This document shows, one piece after another, positions 1 through 8,175 of a stretch of 46,493 nt of DNA (positions are counted from its first letter, which is position 1; the number at the start of each line of letters is the position of its first letter). Under the pieces are notes generated by a model. That model saw only the letters and a list, made by a program, of their open reading frames with translations. It ran no database searches and was not told where the DNA came from. This DNA comes from Candidatus Nealsonbacteria bacterium DGGOD1a (GTDB taxonomy: Bacteria > Patescibacteriota > Minisyncoccia > Minisyncoccales > UBA5738), in the NCBI GenBank assembly GCA_022530585.1, contig CP092821.1, forward strand, positions 392,222 to 438,714, read 5' to 3'. The translations under genes were made by a program, and so were the position numbers.

Positions 1-46
1 GCTGCGAAAGAAATTGCCGCAGCTAAAAATGCATTAAAATAAAAAA

Positions 47-493
47 ATGGTCAATAAACAAAAACTTGGTAGTAAAATAAATAATTTGTTGTTGGATTTA
101 AAAAAAATTTCAAATAGTAAAGGTATTCCGGCTGTTGATAGCAACAAGCAGCCTTGCTTGATAAAATTGTGCGATACTGTGGTTGAGTTTGTACCCGAGT
201 TCAAAAATTGCGAAGATTTTTTATTATTTGGAAAGGAAAATCCGTATTTGCATTTTGGAGTGTTTGGAAGTTTTTTGTGTGAACAAATAGATAAAGATAT
301 TGCTTCCGATGCTATTGAGCGCGGATTTAATTTTGTTAATGAATCATATAATAATATGCGTGATGAGCATATCCAAACCATGCTGTCTACTGAAATATTG
401 GAGAAATTAACGGCTTCTGAAAAGATGATAGTTATCGCAAAGAAATTTTTGATAGGAGATGCGCTTAATCAATTTCAAAAGATGCTTGAATAA
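47..493 (+). CDS. hypothetical protein (148 aa), AT-rich compared with neighbours
   Basis: Intact ATG-to-TAA ORF. The only competitor is an antisense shadow ORF. I cannot name a motif. Confidence 0.55.
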   Translation: MVNKQKLGSKINNLLLDLKKISNSKGIPAVDSNKQPCLIKLCDTVVEFVPEFKNCEDFLLFGKENPYLHFGVFGSFLCEQIDKDIASDAIERGFNFVNESYNNMRDEHIQTMLSTEILEKLTASEKMIVIAKKFLIGDALNQFQKMLE

Positions 494-499
494 AATTTT

Positions 500-785
500 G
501 CGTTAAGCGCATCTTCGCCAACGGCCGGATGTTGGCCACGGTGAGGGGGACGGGTGCCAGCGCCAAGGCCTACAATAACCTCACCGACAGCTGGTATCCC
601 TCGCAAAAGCCTCGGGACAGGCAACAAGGGTTAGACCCTTGTAATACCGTCCTGGTAAGCAGTCGCGTCGTGTTGTTTGGTTTGACTTTGAGGATAATTT
701 TGGGTATGATTGCGATGTCGGAAGCACGATGTTGTGCCGCGACGCGTTTTAACGATGATGTTACCCGTGAGCGGGTTTTTTGTTT
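500..785 (+). ncRNA. candidate structured non-coding RNA or repeat-derived region (unidentified)
   Basis: GC-rich stretch with nested complementary segments: gccaac/gttggc, ggtgagg/cctcacc, acaaggg/cccttgt and cgcgtcg/cgacgcg. It ends in a short hairpin plus T-run. The overlapping 95-aa ORF has an implausible composition. Confidence 0.3.
763..782 (+). terminator. short hairpin plus T-run (acccg-tgag-cgggt-tttttt)
   Basis: A 5-bp GC stem followed by six T, read directly. Confidence 0.35.
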
Positions 786-789
786 GCGT

Positions 790-817
790 TTGACAATGGT
801 CGCGAGTCGGCTATAAT
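790..817 (+). promoter_or_regulatory. sigma70-type promoter, TTGACA-16 nt-TATAAT
   Basis: Perfect consensus -35 at 790-795 and -10 at 812-817 with a 16-nt spacer, upstream of the gene starting at 1016. Confidence 0.5.
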
Positions 818-867
818 TCTATTGTTTTGAATGTGAATTATGAATATATAATCATATCAATAATTAT

Positions 868-994
868 CTTGAATTAAGAAATCATTAAATTCAGATACTT
901 TTAAAGGGGTCTAACCCCTGCGTTATCCCTCGGATTATCTCGGGACAGGCAACAGGGATAGACCCCAAAATACAAAGCATTTCGTAATTCAATA
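868..994. mobile_element. MITE-like element, family A (ends resemble the IS982-like TIR)
   Basis: Ends are cttgaattaagaaatc and atttcgtaattcaata. The internal ggggtcta...tagacccc hairpin is homologous to the copies at 15755 and 39799. Confidence 0.55.
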
Positions 995-1015
995 GAATAT
1001 AATCATAAAAATTTC

Positions 1016-2206
1016 ATGATAAATTGGACAAAAAAAGTGCAGGATCGGATCGCGAAAGTGCCGGTGCGGGGCGGGCGGTCGCAAAAAGAGGTTAACGGCG
1101 GGTTTAACGATCTGGTGTTCGCGCCGGCACAGCTGGCAAAACGGCCGGTGGATTATTTCAAGGAAGAAATCAGTTCAAAAACCATTATCGGCAAAAACAG
1201 TTTGAAGCCGGTGGAAATTGCCGCGCCGATCGTGATCGCGGCGATGTCGTTTGGCGCGCTGTCGAAAAACGCCAAGATCGCGCTGGCAAAAGGTTCAACT
1301 TTGGCGGGCACGATTGCCAATACCGGCGAGGGCGGAATGCTGGCCGAGGAGCGCGAGTTTGCCAAAAAATTGGTGATTCAATACAGCACCGGCCGGTTTG
1401 GCATTGACGAAGAAATTCTGAAGCTTGCCGACATTATTGAAATAAAAATCGGGCAGGGGGCGAAAGGCGGGCAAGGGGGATTGTTGCAAAAAGAAAAGTT
1501 GACTCCCGAAGTGGCATCGGCGCGCCGGGTCAAATTGGGCAAAGATGTTCATTCGCCGGCTTGCCATCCGGATATAATTTGCGCCAAGGATTTGAAAGAT
1601 AAAATCGATTGGTTGAGAAAGTTGTCGGGCGGCGTTCCGATTGTCGTCAAACTGGCCGCCGGCGATGTGAAAGATGATGTCGCCCTTGCCATTGAAGCGA
1701 ATCCCGATGTTATCGCCATTGACGGCGGCTGGGGCGGCACGGGCGCGGCGCCGGAAGTGATGCTTGATGAAATGGGGATACCGGCTTTTCACGCGCTGGT
1801 TTCCGCGCGCGAAATTTTGGATAAAAACAAAGCAGAGCAAGAACTTTGGATTGCCGGAGGGTTCTATACCGGCGGCGATATTGCCAAGGCGCTGGCGCTG
1901 GGCGCGGACGCGGTGTTTATGGGTTCGGGAATGCTGGCGGCGATGGGGTGCGCGGGATGTAATTTGTGCTACACCGGCCAATGCCCAAAGGGCGTGGCCA
2001 CGCAAGATCCCAATTTGGCGAAAAATTTGGACATTGATGCCGCGGCCGGCAATATCGCCAACTTCATTAAGCACTGCAACGAAGAAGTGAAAATGATCGC
2101 CGGCGCGACCGGGCATAACGACATCCATCGGCTTGTCAAAGGCGATTTGCGCGCGCTAACTTTGGAAACCTCCCGAATCGCCGGCGTGAAGCTTGCCGGA
2201 GAATAA
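1016..2206 (+). CDS. glutamate synthase-related FMN-binding domain protein (GltS domain 2-like)
   Basis: 396 aa with GEGG, IEIKIGQGAKGGQGG and DGGWGGTGAAP motifs, typical of the GltB FMN domain family. It has a C-terminal Cys cluster. Confidence 0.8.
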   Translation: MINWTKKVQDRIAKVPVRGGRSQKEVNGGFNDLVFAPAQLAKRPVDYFKEEISSKTIIGKNSLKPVEIAAPIVIAAMSFGALSKNAKIALAKGSTLAGTIANTGEGGMLAEEREFAKKLVIQYSTGRFGIDEEILKLADIIEIKIGQGAKGGQGGLLQKEKLTPEVASARRVKLGKDVHSPACHPDIICAKDLKDKIDWLRKLSGGVPIVVKLAAGDVKDDVALAIEANPDVIAIDGGWGGTGAAPEVMLDEMGIPAFHALVSAREILDKNKAEQELWIAGGFYTGGDIAKALALGADAVFMGSGMLAAMGCAGCNLCYTGQCPKGVATQDPNLAKNLDIDAAAGNIANFIKHCNEEVKMIAGATGHNDIHRLVKGDLRALTLETSRIAGVKLAGE

Positions 2207-2248
2207 GCGCGGCCTTTGCCGATTTATCGTTTGGGCATGGAAATTGAA

Positions 2249-2286
2249 AAACGGGCGCCTGATCCGCACCCCGTTTTTGTTTTTTG
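2249..2286 (+). terminator. intrinsic terminator after the GltS-like gene
   Basis: The stem acgggcgc...gcaccccgt is followed by tttttgtttttt. Confidence 0.5.
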
Positions 2287-2313
2287 CGGCAATGTTTGAT
2301 AAAATGAACGAAT

Positions 2314-2688
2314 ATGGCGAGTTTATTCTTCGAATGGTATTTTTTGGAAATTCCCGCGAAAATCAAAAAAATTTGGGGGAATTATTTGTGGTTTTCCGCC
2401 AAGTATTTCGCGCTGTCCGATATGTTGCGGGATTTTTTAAAACCTTGGAAGGGACTGACATTTTCGCGCCAAAAGCGGGCGTTTGAGATCGGCGACGCGT
2501 TTTCGGCGGCGTTCGGCAATTTGATTTCGCGGATGATCGGCGCGCTGGCGCGGCTGTTTTTTATTGCCGTTGGGTTGGCGGCCGAGGCCGCGGTTTTTAT
2601 CGGAGGAATTGCCGCGTATATCGGGTGGCTGGTTTTGATTCCGGCGATTTTTTATTTTCTGTTCAAAGGTCTTGGACTGTTGGTTTAA
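2314..2688 (+). CDS. small membrane protein (124 aa), probably co-transcribed with the Clp-like ATPase
   Basis: The C-terminal half is hydrophobic (two predicted TM helices). It ends 18 nt before the next start codon. Confidence 0.55.
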   Translation: MASLFFEWYFLEIPAKIKKIWGNYLWFSAKYFALSDMLRDFLKPWKGLTFSRQKRAFEIGDAFSAAFGNLISRMIGALARLFFIAVGLAAEAAVFIGGIAAYIGWLVLIPAIFYFLFKGLGLLV

Positions 2689-2706
2689 TGTTGAACAATA
2701 TATTTT

Positions 2707-5304
2707 ATGGCGGATGATTTTTCAAAGTCGGCGACATTCGAATCGGCGGATCGGGCGAAAGCCGCGCCGCTGGGTTTGTTTTTATTTTTGAAACGCGCCA
2801 GTTTCATTGTTCTGGCCGCGGGGCTGTTGATTGAACTGGCGCGCGCTTTGTTTGCCGGGTTTGCGGCCGCGCCGTTATTTTTGGCGGCGATCAATAAAGA
2901 TTTATTGGCCGGAGCGATTTATCTTTCGCTTTCTTTCTGGATGGCTTTTACCTTGGCCGTTGCTTTCGCGCGCCAGAAGATAATGCGGCCGGGCCGGCAA
3001 CTTGATCAATCCGCGGCGGACGGCAATTTGTACGACTATCTTGATTTTGAAGCCGCGCGCATATTAAAAAAGACGCTATCGCGCCAAAATTTGCCGTTTG
3101 ATAAATTGCTTTTGTATTATATTCTTGATTCGGACAATTTGTCGTTCGCGCTTGACCGGCTTTGCGTTGATCGCGCCACCTTGAAGCGCGATTTGCTGTC
3201 CGGGATGAAAAAAAACTCGAAATCAATTGAGTTGGCGGATTCAAAACCGGCGGAACCTGCCAATCGGGAATCGCGCGACGCCGTGATGGCGGCCGCGCTT
3301 GATATCGCCATGGAAAACGGCAATTCCAAAATAACGGTTTTCGCGCTGTTTTTAGCTTTGGCCAACCGCGACCCGGATTTCCAGAAAATGATGGACGAAC
3401 TGGCGCTTTTGAAAGAGGATGTCGAGTCGGCGGTTTTGTGGCAGATGAACCGGCGGGAATACCGGGTTTTCCGGGGAAAATTTTGGGAGCGCGACAATTT
3501 GCGTTTGCTATTGCCAACGAGTCTGGTGCGCGACCTTGTCGGCGGTTATACCGTTGAATTGGATTCTTATTCAAGGGATTTGTCGCAAAACAGCCCTTTG
3601 CGCCGCGGCGGCGTTGTTTTGCATTTATCGGAAATCCAGCGGCTTGAAGAAGCGTTAACGAAGAAAAGCGGGAATGGCGTGCTGTTGGTGGGCCAAACCG
3701 GCTGCGGCCGCAAGAGCGTTGTTTACAATTTCGCCAACCGCGTGGCCGGTGAAACCGGACCGCGGGCGCTGAAGATGCTGCGGATCATGGAACTGGATAT
3801 GCAGAGCGTTATCGGCCGGAACTCCGACAGATCAAAACTGGTCGCGGTAATAGAGAAAATTTTTTATGAAGCGGTCGCGGCGCGCAATGTGGCGATCGTT
3901 ATTCCGGAAATTCAAAATTATATCGGTTCGCGCGCCGATGGGCGGAAATTGGCGCAAATCGATATTAGCCCGATACTTAACAAATATTTAGCGGTTCCGG
4001 GTTTTCGCGTTATCGGAATCACATCTCCCGAAGGCTTGCGCCGTTCAATCGAAACGGCTGGCGACATTGCCGCAAGGTTCACCAAGATTGAATTGCCGCC
4101 GGTGACGGCGCGGGACGCGATGCGCGTGTTAAAAGAGGAAAGTTTGCGCCGCGAAGCCGCGACCGGGTTGTTTTTTCCGATTGCGACGCTGAAGGAAATC
4201 GTGAAGCTTTGCGAAATGATCGGCGGCGAGCGCGTTTTCCCCGAAGTCGCCGTCGATCTTCTGGATGATATTGTTTCCAATAAAATGAATTCTTCAGGCA
4301 AGATAAACAGAATGGTTTCGCCCGGGGAAGTCGCCGCGTTTTTCACCCGCAAATACAATATGCCGGCCGGCGCGGCGCAAAACGAGGAAAAAGAGATTTT
4401 GCTCAACCTTGAGGATTTGATCCACGAAGGCTTGGTGAACCAAAAAGAAGCGGTGGCGGAAATCGCCAACGCGATGCGGCGTTCGCGCGCGGAAATCAAA
4501 CAACAAAAACGCACCATCGGCAATTTCCTGTTTTTGGGGCCCACCGGCGTGGGCAAAACCGAAACCGCCAAGCAGTTGGCCAAAGTCTATTTCGGTTCGG
4601 AAAAGAATATGATCCGTCTCAATATGGCCGAATATCAGACCGTGGACGCGATTGAAAAATTGATTGGTAATGACCGGAATTCGGGGTATTTAACCGGCGC
4701 GGTGCGCGAAAATCCGTTTTCCTTGCTTTTGATCGATGAAATCGAAAAAGCCGATATCCGCTTGCTGGATATATTTTTGAGTATTTTTGACGAAGGCCGG
4801 ATTACCGATGGGCTTGGCCGCGAGATTGATTTCCGGCACGCGATAATCATCGCCACTTCAAACGCGGGCGCGGAATTGATTCGGGAAGCGGTTGGCAACG
4901 GGATGCCGGCGGCGGATATGAGGAATTTAATTATTGACGAATTGCTTAAAAAAGGCGTTTTCAAACCCGAGTTTGTCAATCGCTTCGACGCGGTGGTAAT
5001 GTATCGGTCGCTTGACGAAAAGGAAATCGAGCAAGTGGCGCGGTTGATGCTGGAAAGCGTGCGGGTCGGTTTGGCTCAAAAGCGCATTGAATTTGAAGTA
5101 ACCGATAAACTGGCGCGAGAATTGGCCCGAATCGGTTTTGATCCGGTTTTCGGCGGCCGGGCGATGCGCCGCGTGATTCAGGACAAAGTTGAAAATCCGA
5201 TTGCCACCGCTTTGCTCGGCGGAGAGTTGAAATCCGGCGGGAAATTCGAAATCAATCCGGTTGAATGGCGGGTGGAGCTGGCGTCGGATCGTGAAAATGG
5301 ATAG
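2707..5304 (+). CDS. membrane-anchored Clp/Hsp100-family AAA+ ATPase (ClpC/ClpB-like) with a degenerate first nucleotide-binding domain
   Basis: 865 aa. The N-terminus is hydrophobic over about aa 20-95. D1 reads GQTGCGRKS and VIPEIQ where GxxGxGKT and hhhDE are expected. D2 is canonical: GPTGVGKTETAK, LLLIDEIEKA and GGRAMRR. Confidence 0.85.
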   Translation: MADDFSKSATFESADRAKAAPLGLFLFLKRASFIVLAAGLLIELARALFAGFAAAPLFLAAINKDLLAGAIYLSLSFWMAFTLAVAFARQKIMRPGRQLDQSAADGNLYDYLDFEAARILKKTLSRQNLPFDKLLLYYILDSDNLSFALDRLCVDRATLKRDLLSGMKKNSKSIELADSKPAEPANRESRDAVMAAALDIAMENGNSKITVFALFLALANRDPDFQKMMDELALLKEDVESAVLWQMNRREYRVFRGKFWERDNLRLLLPTSLVRDLVGGYTVELDSYSRDLSQNSPLRRGGVVLHLSEIQRLEEALTKKSGNGVLLVGQTGCGRKSVVYNFANRVAGETGPRALKMLRIMELDMQSVIGRNSDRSKLVAVIEKIFYEAVAARNVAIVIPEIQNYIGSRADGRKLAQIDISPILNKYLAVPGFRVIGITSPEGLRRSIETAGDIAARFTKIELPPVTARDAMRVLKEESLRREAATGLFFPIATLKEIVKLCEMIGGERVFPEVAVDLLDDIVSNKMNSSGKINRMVSPGEVAAFFTRKYNMPAGAAQNEEKEILLNLEDLIHEGLVNQKEAVAEIANAMRRSRAEIKQQKRTIGNFLFLGPTGVGKTETAKQLAKVYFGSEKNMIRLNMAEYQTVDAIEKLIGNDRNSGYLTGAVRENPFSLLLIDEIEKADIRLLDIFLSIFDEGRITDGLGREIDFRHAIIIATSNAGAELIREAVGNGMPAADMRNLIIDELLKKGVFKPEFVNRFDAVVMYRSLDEKEIEQVARLMLESVRVGLAQKRIEFEVTDKLARELARIGFDPVFGGRAMRRVIQDKVENPIATALLGGELKSGGKFEINPVEWRVELASDRENG

Positions 5305-5339
5305 CCTTGCGTTGAAAATTCAATCGCTATACAATAGAT

Positions 5340-5492
5340 CTGCTGCGTAAATATTTCCTACCGCAATTTCCATATTTCGGCTACGCCGAATTCGTCAATC
5401 GTCGGCAGATTTAGGCTCAATATGCCTCCTCATTCCTTATTCGGCTCGCTCGAAATCTGAAAATTTCATCGCGTAAATATTTACGCAGTAGG
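5340..5492. repeat. about 150-bp segment bracketed by 14-bp inverted repeats (ctgcgtaaatattt / aaatatttacgcag)
   Basis: Inverted repeats read directly at 5343-5356 and 5474-5487. Confidence 0.5.
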
Positions 5493-5519
5493 TTTAATAA
5501 AAATACTTTTTTAAAAAAT

Positions 5520-6503
5520 ATGAATATATTCGAGAAATTAAAGGAAGCGAATTTGAAGGGGCGCGGCGGGGCCGGATTCCCGGCGTGGCAAAAATGGCAG
5601 ATGGTGAAAGATGCGCAGGGCGAAAAAAAATATGTCGTTTGCAATGTGTCCGAGGGCGAACCCGCGGTTTCCAAAGATATTTTCATTCTTGAAAACTGGC
5701 CCGAAATCGCGGTTGAAGGGATCGATCTGGCAATGGCCGCCATCGGCGCGGATAAAGGTTATCTTTATCTGCGCAAAGATTATTTTGATAAATACAAAGA
5801 TAAGCTGGCGGGTATTATCGGCGAAAAACAAATCGAAATTGTGCGCGAGCCGGGCGGTTATCTGGGCGGCGAGGAAACCGCGCTTCTGGAATCGATCGAA
5901 GGCAAGCGTTGCGAGCCGCGAATCAAACCGCCGTTTCCTCCGCAAGCGGGATTGTTCGGATGTCCTACCTTGATCAACAACTTGGAAACGCTTTATTTCG
6001 CGGCCAAAATCAACCGCGGCGAATACGACAACACCCGGTTTTATTCAATTTCGGGAGATATCGTCGGCGAAGGCGTTTATGAATTGCCCGAGTCGTGGCC
6101 GATCCGCCGGATTTTGGAAACCACCGGGAATTCGCCTCAAAATGGATTTTTTATTCAAGCGGGCGGCGGCGCCAGCGGCACGATACTGCTCGAAAACGAA
6201 TTGGACGCGCCGTTAACCGGAGCCGGTTCGATTGTGGTTTATGATTTCGCGAAAACCGATCCGCGCGAGCTTGGTTTGCGATGGGCGGAATTTTTTATCA
6301 AAGAAAACTGCGGCAAATGCGTTCCCTGCCGCGAAGGCGTTTATCGCCTGCGCGAAATCTTTTCAAAAGAGCATTTAGATTCGGTTGACATCGGCCGCGC
6401 GCGCGATATTGTGAAATTGCTGGCCGCGGCCAGCTTCTGCCCCTTCGGCAAAGGCGTGGCCAACTCTTTCGGCAGTTTGCTGGAGAAATTGATTAAGCTA
6501 TAG
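5520..6503 (+). CDS. NuoF/HydB-like NAD(P)H-binding flavoprotein subunit (short form)
   Basis: LKGRGGAGFPAWQKW, GEETALLESIEG and ENCGKCVPCREG motifs of the 51-kDa/NuoF family. Confidence 0.8.
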   Translation: MNIFEKLKEANLKGRGGAGFPAWQKWQMVKDAQGEKKYVVCNVSEGEPAVSKDIFILENWPEIAVEGIDLAMAAIGADKGYLYLRKDYFDKYKDKLAGIIGEKQIEIVREPGGYLGGEETALLESIEGKRCEPRIKPPFPPQAGLFGCPTLINNLETLYFAAKINRGEYDNTRFYSISGDIVGEGVYELPESWPIRRILETTGNSPQNGFFIQAGGGASGTILLENELDAPLTGAGSIVVYDFAKTDPRELGLRWAEFFIKENCGKCVPCREGVYRLREIFSKEHLDSVDIGRARDIVKLLAAASFCPFGKGVANSFGSLLEKLIKL

Positions 6504-6505
6504 TT

Positions 6506-7093
6506 ATGAATAATTTAGACATGGATTTAAAAACGGCAAGCGGGTTATTTGAGCGATACATCACCGATTCGATGACTAAATTGCATTCAAGGGAATCCGA
6601 AGTTTTTATGCGGGCGTTGGCGCGCAGGTTTGGTGAAAATGAGGATGATTGGGGAATAATTGGCTTATTGCACGATATTGACTGGGATTTGACAAAAAAT
6701 GACCCGACACAACACTGCGTAAAGGCGGAAAAAATCCTAAAAGACGCCGGGGCTGGCGATTTTTTAGTGGAAACGATATTGTCGCACGGATACGGCCTTG
6801 AAGCAATTCCCGCCTTGAAAGAAAAAACGCGAATTACGAAAATTCAGCATTGCTTGGCCGCGGCCGAGACTTTGACCGGCGTCATCGTGGCCGCGGCATT
6901 GGTTCAGCCGGATAAAAAGATTCAAAGCGTGAGCCTGAAATCACTGAAAAAGAAATTCAAAGACAAATCATTCGCGGCAAAATGCAATCGTGGCGTTATC
7001 TTGGAATGTGAAAAAGCCGGAATCCCGCTTGATGAATTTTTGCAAATCGGATTGGTTTCTTTACAAAATATTGCCGATGAAATCGGTCTATAA
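6506..7093 (+). CDS. HD-domain (HDIG-like) phosphohydrolase
   Basis: LLHDIDW and SHGYG motifs. The start lies 2 nt after the stop of the upstream gene. Confidence 0.6.
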   Translation: MNNLDMDLKTASGLFERYITDSMTKLHSRESEVFMRALARRFGENEDDWGIIGLLHDIDWDLTKNDPTQHCVKAEKILKDAGAGDFLVETILSHGYGLEAIPALKEKTRITKIQHCLAAAETLTGVIVAAALVQPDKKIQSVSLKSLKKKFKDKSFAAKCNRGVILECEKAGIPLDEFLQIGLVSLQNIADEIGL

Positions 7094-7096
7094 TTT

Positions 7097-7143
7097 GCAA
7101 TGCTCAAAGCATTGCGGAAATTCTGCAATGCTTTGAGCATTGC
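7097..7143. repeat. REP-like perfect hairpin (19-bp stem, 9-nt loop), left flank of RAYT-like gene 1
   Basis: gcaatgctcaaagcattgc-ggaaattct-gcaatgctttgagcattgc. Confidence 0.9.
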
Positions 7144-7153
7144 CATAATTGAT

Positions 7154-7912
7154 ATGGGTTCTAGGATTGAGCCCTACGGGGTTGGGAGTTACCTTCATGT
7201 TTATAATCGTGGCGTTAAAAAAGAGCCAATTTTTTTCAGCAAATCGGATTATTGGCGTTTTTTGTGGTGTTTAAGATTTTTTAACGAAGAACGCCCTATC
7301 ACCAAATTGGCAAGATGTTTGAGCGATCTTATTTTTCTCCAAAAACAAACATTGCGAAATTTAAGTTCGCGCGATTATCGCGACGGGCGCAACACTTTTG
7401 AGTGGCGGCAAGAGTGGGGTGAACAAAAGCCAATAGTTGAAATAATATCGTTTAATTTGTCTCCCAATCATTTTCATTTATTGTTGAAAGAAATTATTGT
7501 TGGTGGAATCGCCAAATTTATGCGCAAATTGGGCGCCGGATATACGGAATACCAGAATACTAAAAATAACGGTTCCGGACATATTTTCCAAGGTTCATAT
7601 AAGGCAAAAATCGTTGAAGAGGAAAGATATTTGCAATATTTGGATGCATACATCCATGTATTGAATCCTTTTGAATTGTTTGAAGGTGGAATTGATGAGG
7701 CGATAAAAAATTTCGACAAGGCGTTTGATTTCGCTCTGAATTATCCTTTTTGCAGTTTGGGCGAATCGTTTGGCCTGCGCAATCTAAATATAACAAATAG
7801 AGAGTGTTTCAAGAGTATTTTCAACGATTTGCAAAATTATAAAGAATTTTGCCGCGACGCGCTAATTGTAAGAAATGGAAGAAGTTTTTTGGGCAAATTG
7901 ACTATTGATTAA
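7154..7912 (+). CDS. HUH/Y1 transposase, RAYT/IS200-like (copy 1)
   Basis: HVYNRG, NHFHLLLKE (HUH) and YLDAYIHVLNPFE (catalytic Tyr region). The ATG at 7154 lies just past the flanking hairpin. It is a paralogue of 30349..31050. Confidence 0.8.
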   Translation: MGSRIEPYGVGSYLHVYNRGVKKEPIFFSKSDYWRFLWCLRFFNEERPITKLARCLSDLIFLQKQTLRNLSSRDYRDGRNTFEWRQEWGEQKPIVEIISFNLSPNHFHLLLKEIIVGGIAKFMRKLGAGYTEYQNTKNNGSGHIFQGSYKAKIVEEERYLQYLDAYIHVLNPFELFEGGIDEAIKNFDKAFDFALNYPFCSLGESFGLRNLNITNRECFKSIFNDLQNYKEFCRDALIVRNGRSFLGKLTID

Positions 7913-7916
7913 TTTT

Positions 7917-7963
7917 GCAATGCTCAAAGCATTGCGGAATTTTTGCAATGCTTTGAGCATTGC
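7917..7963. repeat. REP-like perfect hairpin, right flank of RAYT-like gene 1
   Basis: Same 19-bp arms as 7097-7143, with loop ggaattttt, in the same orientation. Confidence 0.9.
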
Positions 7964-8175
7964 AAGGATTGATATTGACATTATTGTGGCAAAAGATATT
8001 GTCAAATTGCCGGCGCTTTTGGAAAAATCGGAATAAATATGAAAGCGCGGGGGAATAATTACGCGCTTGCGGGACAAAACCTTTTGGCGGTTCTCTTGTT
8101 GTGGTAGTATAATTTTAATGGAATAATTTATTTGCCAAAACGAAAAAAAACGGGTTAATAACAATCAACAAAATT

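Noticed and set aside
529-816. 95-aa plus-strand ORF in the first intergenic region
   Set aside because: The composition is Arg/Cys/Thr-rich with no hydrophobic periodicity, and there is no plausible RBS. It overlaps hairpins, a terminator-like stem and a consensus promoter, so it is better explained as structured non-coding DNA.
1295-2128. 277-aa minus-strand ORF antisense to the GltS-like gene
   Set aside because: It is a shadow ORF of a GC-rich, well-supported plus-strand gene. Its product is Arg/Ala/Gly-rich and low in complexity.
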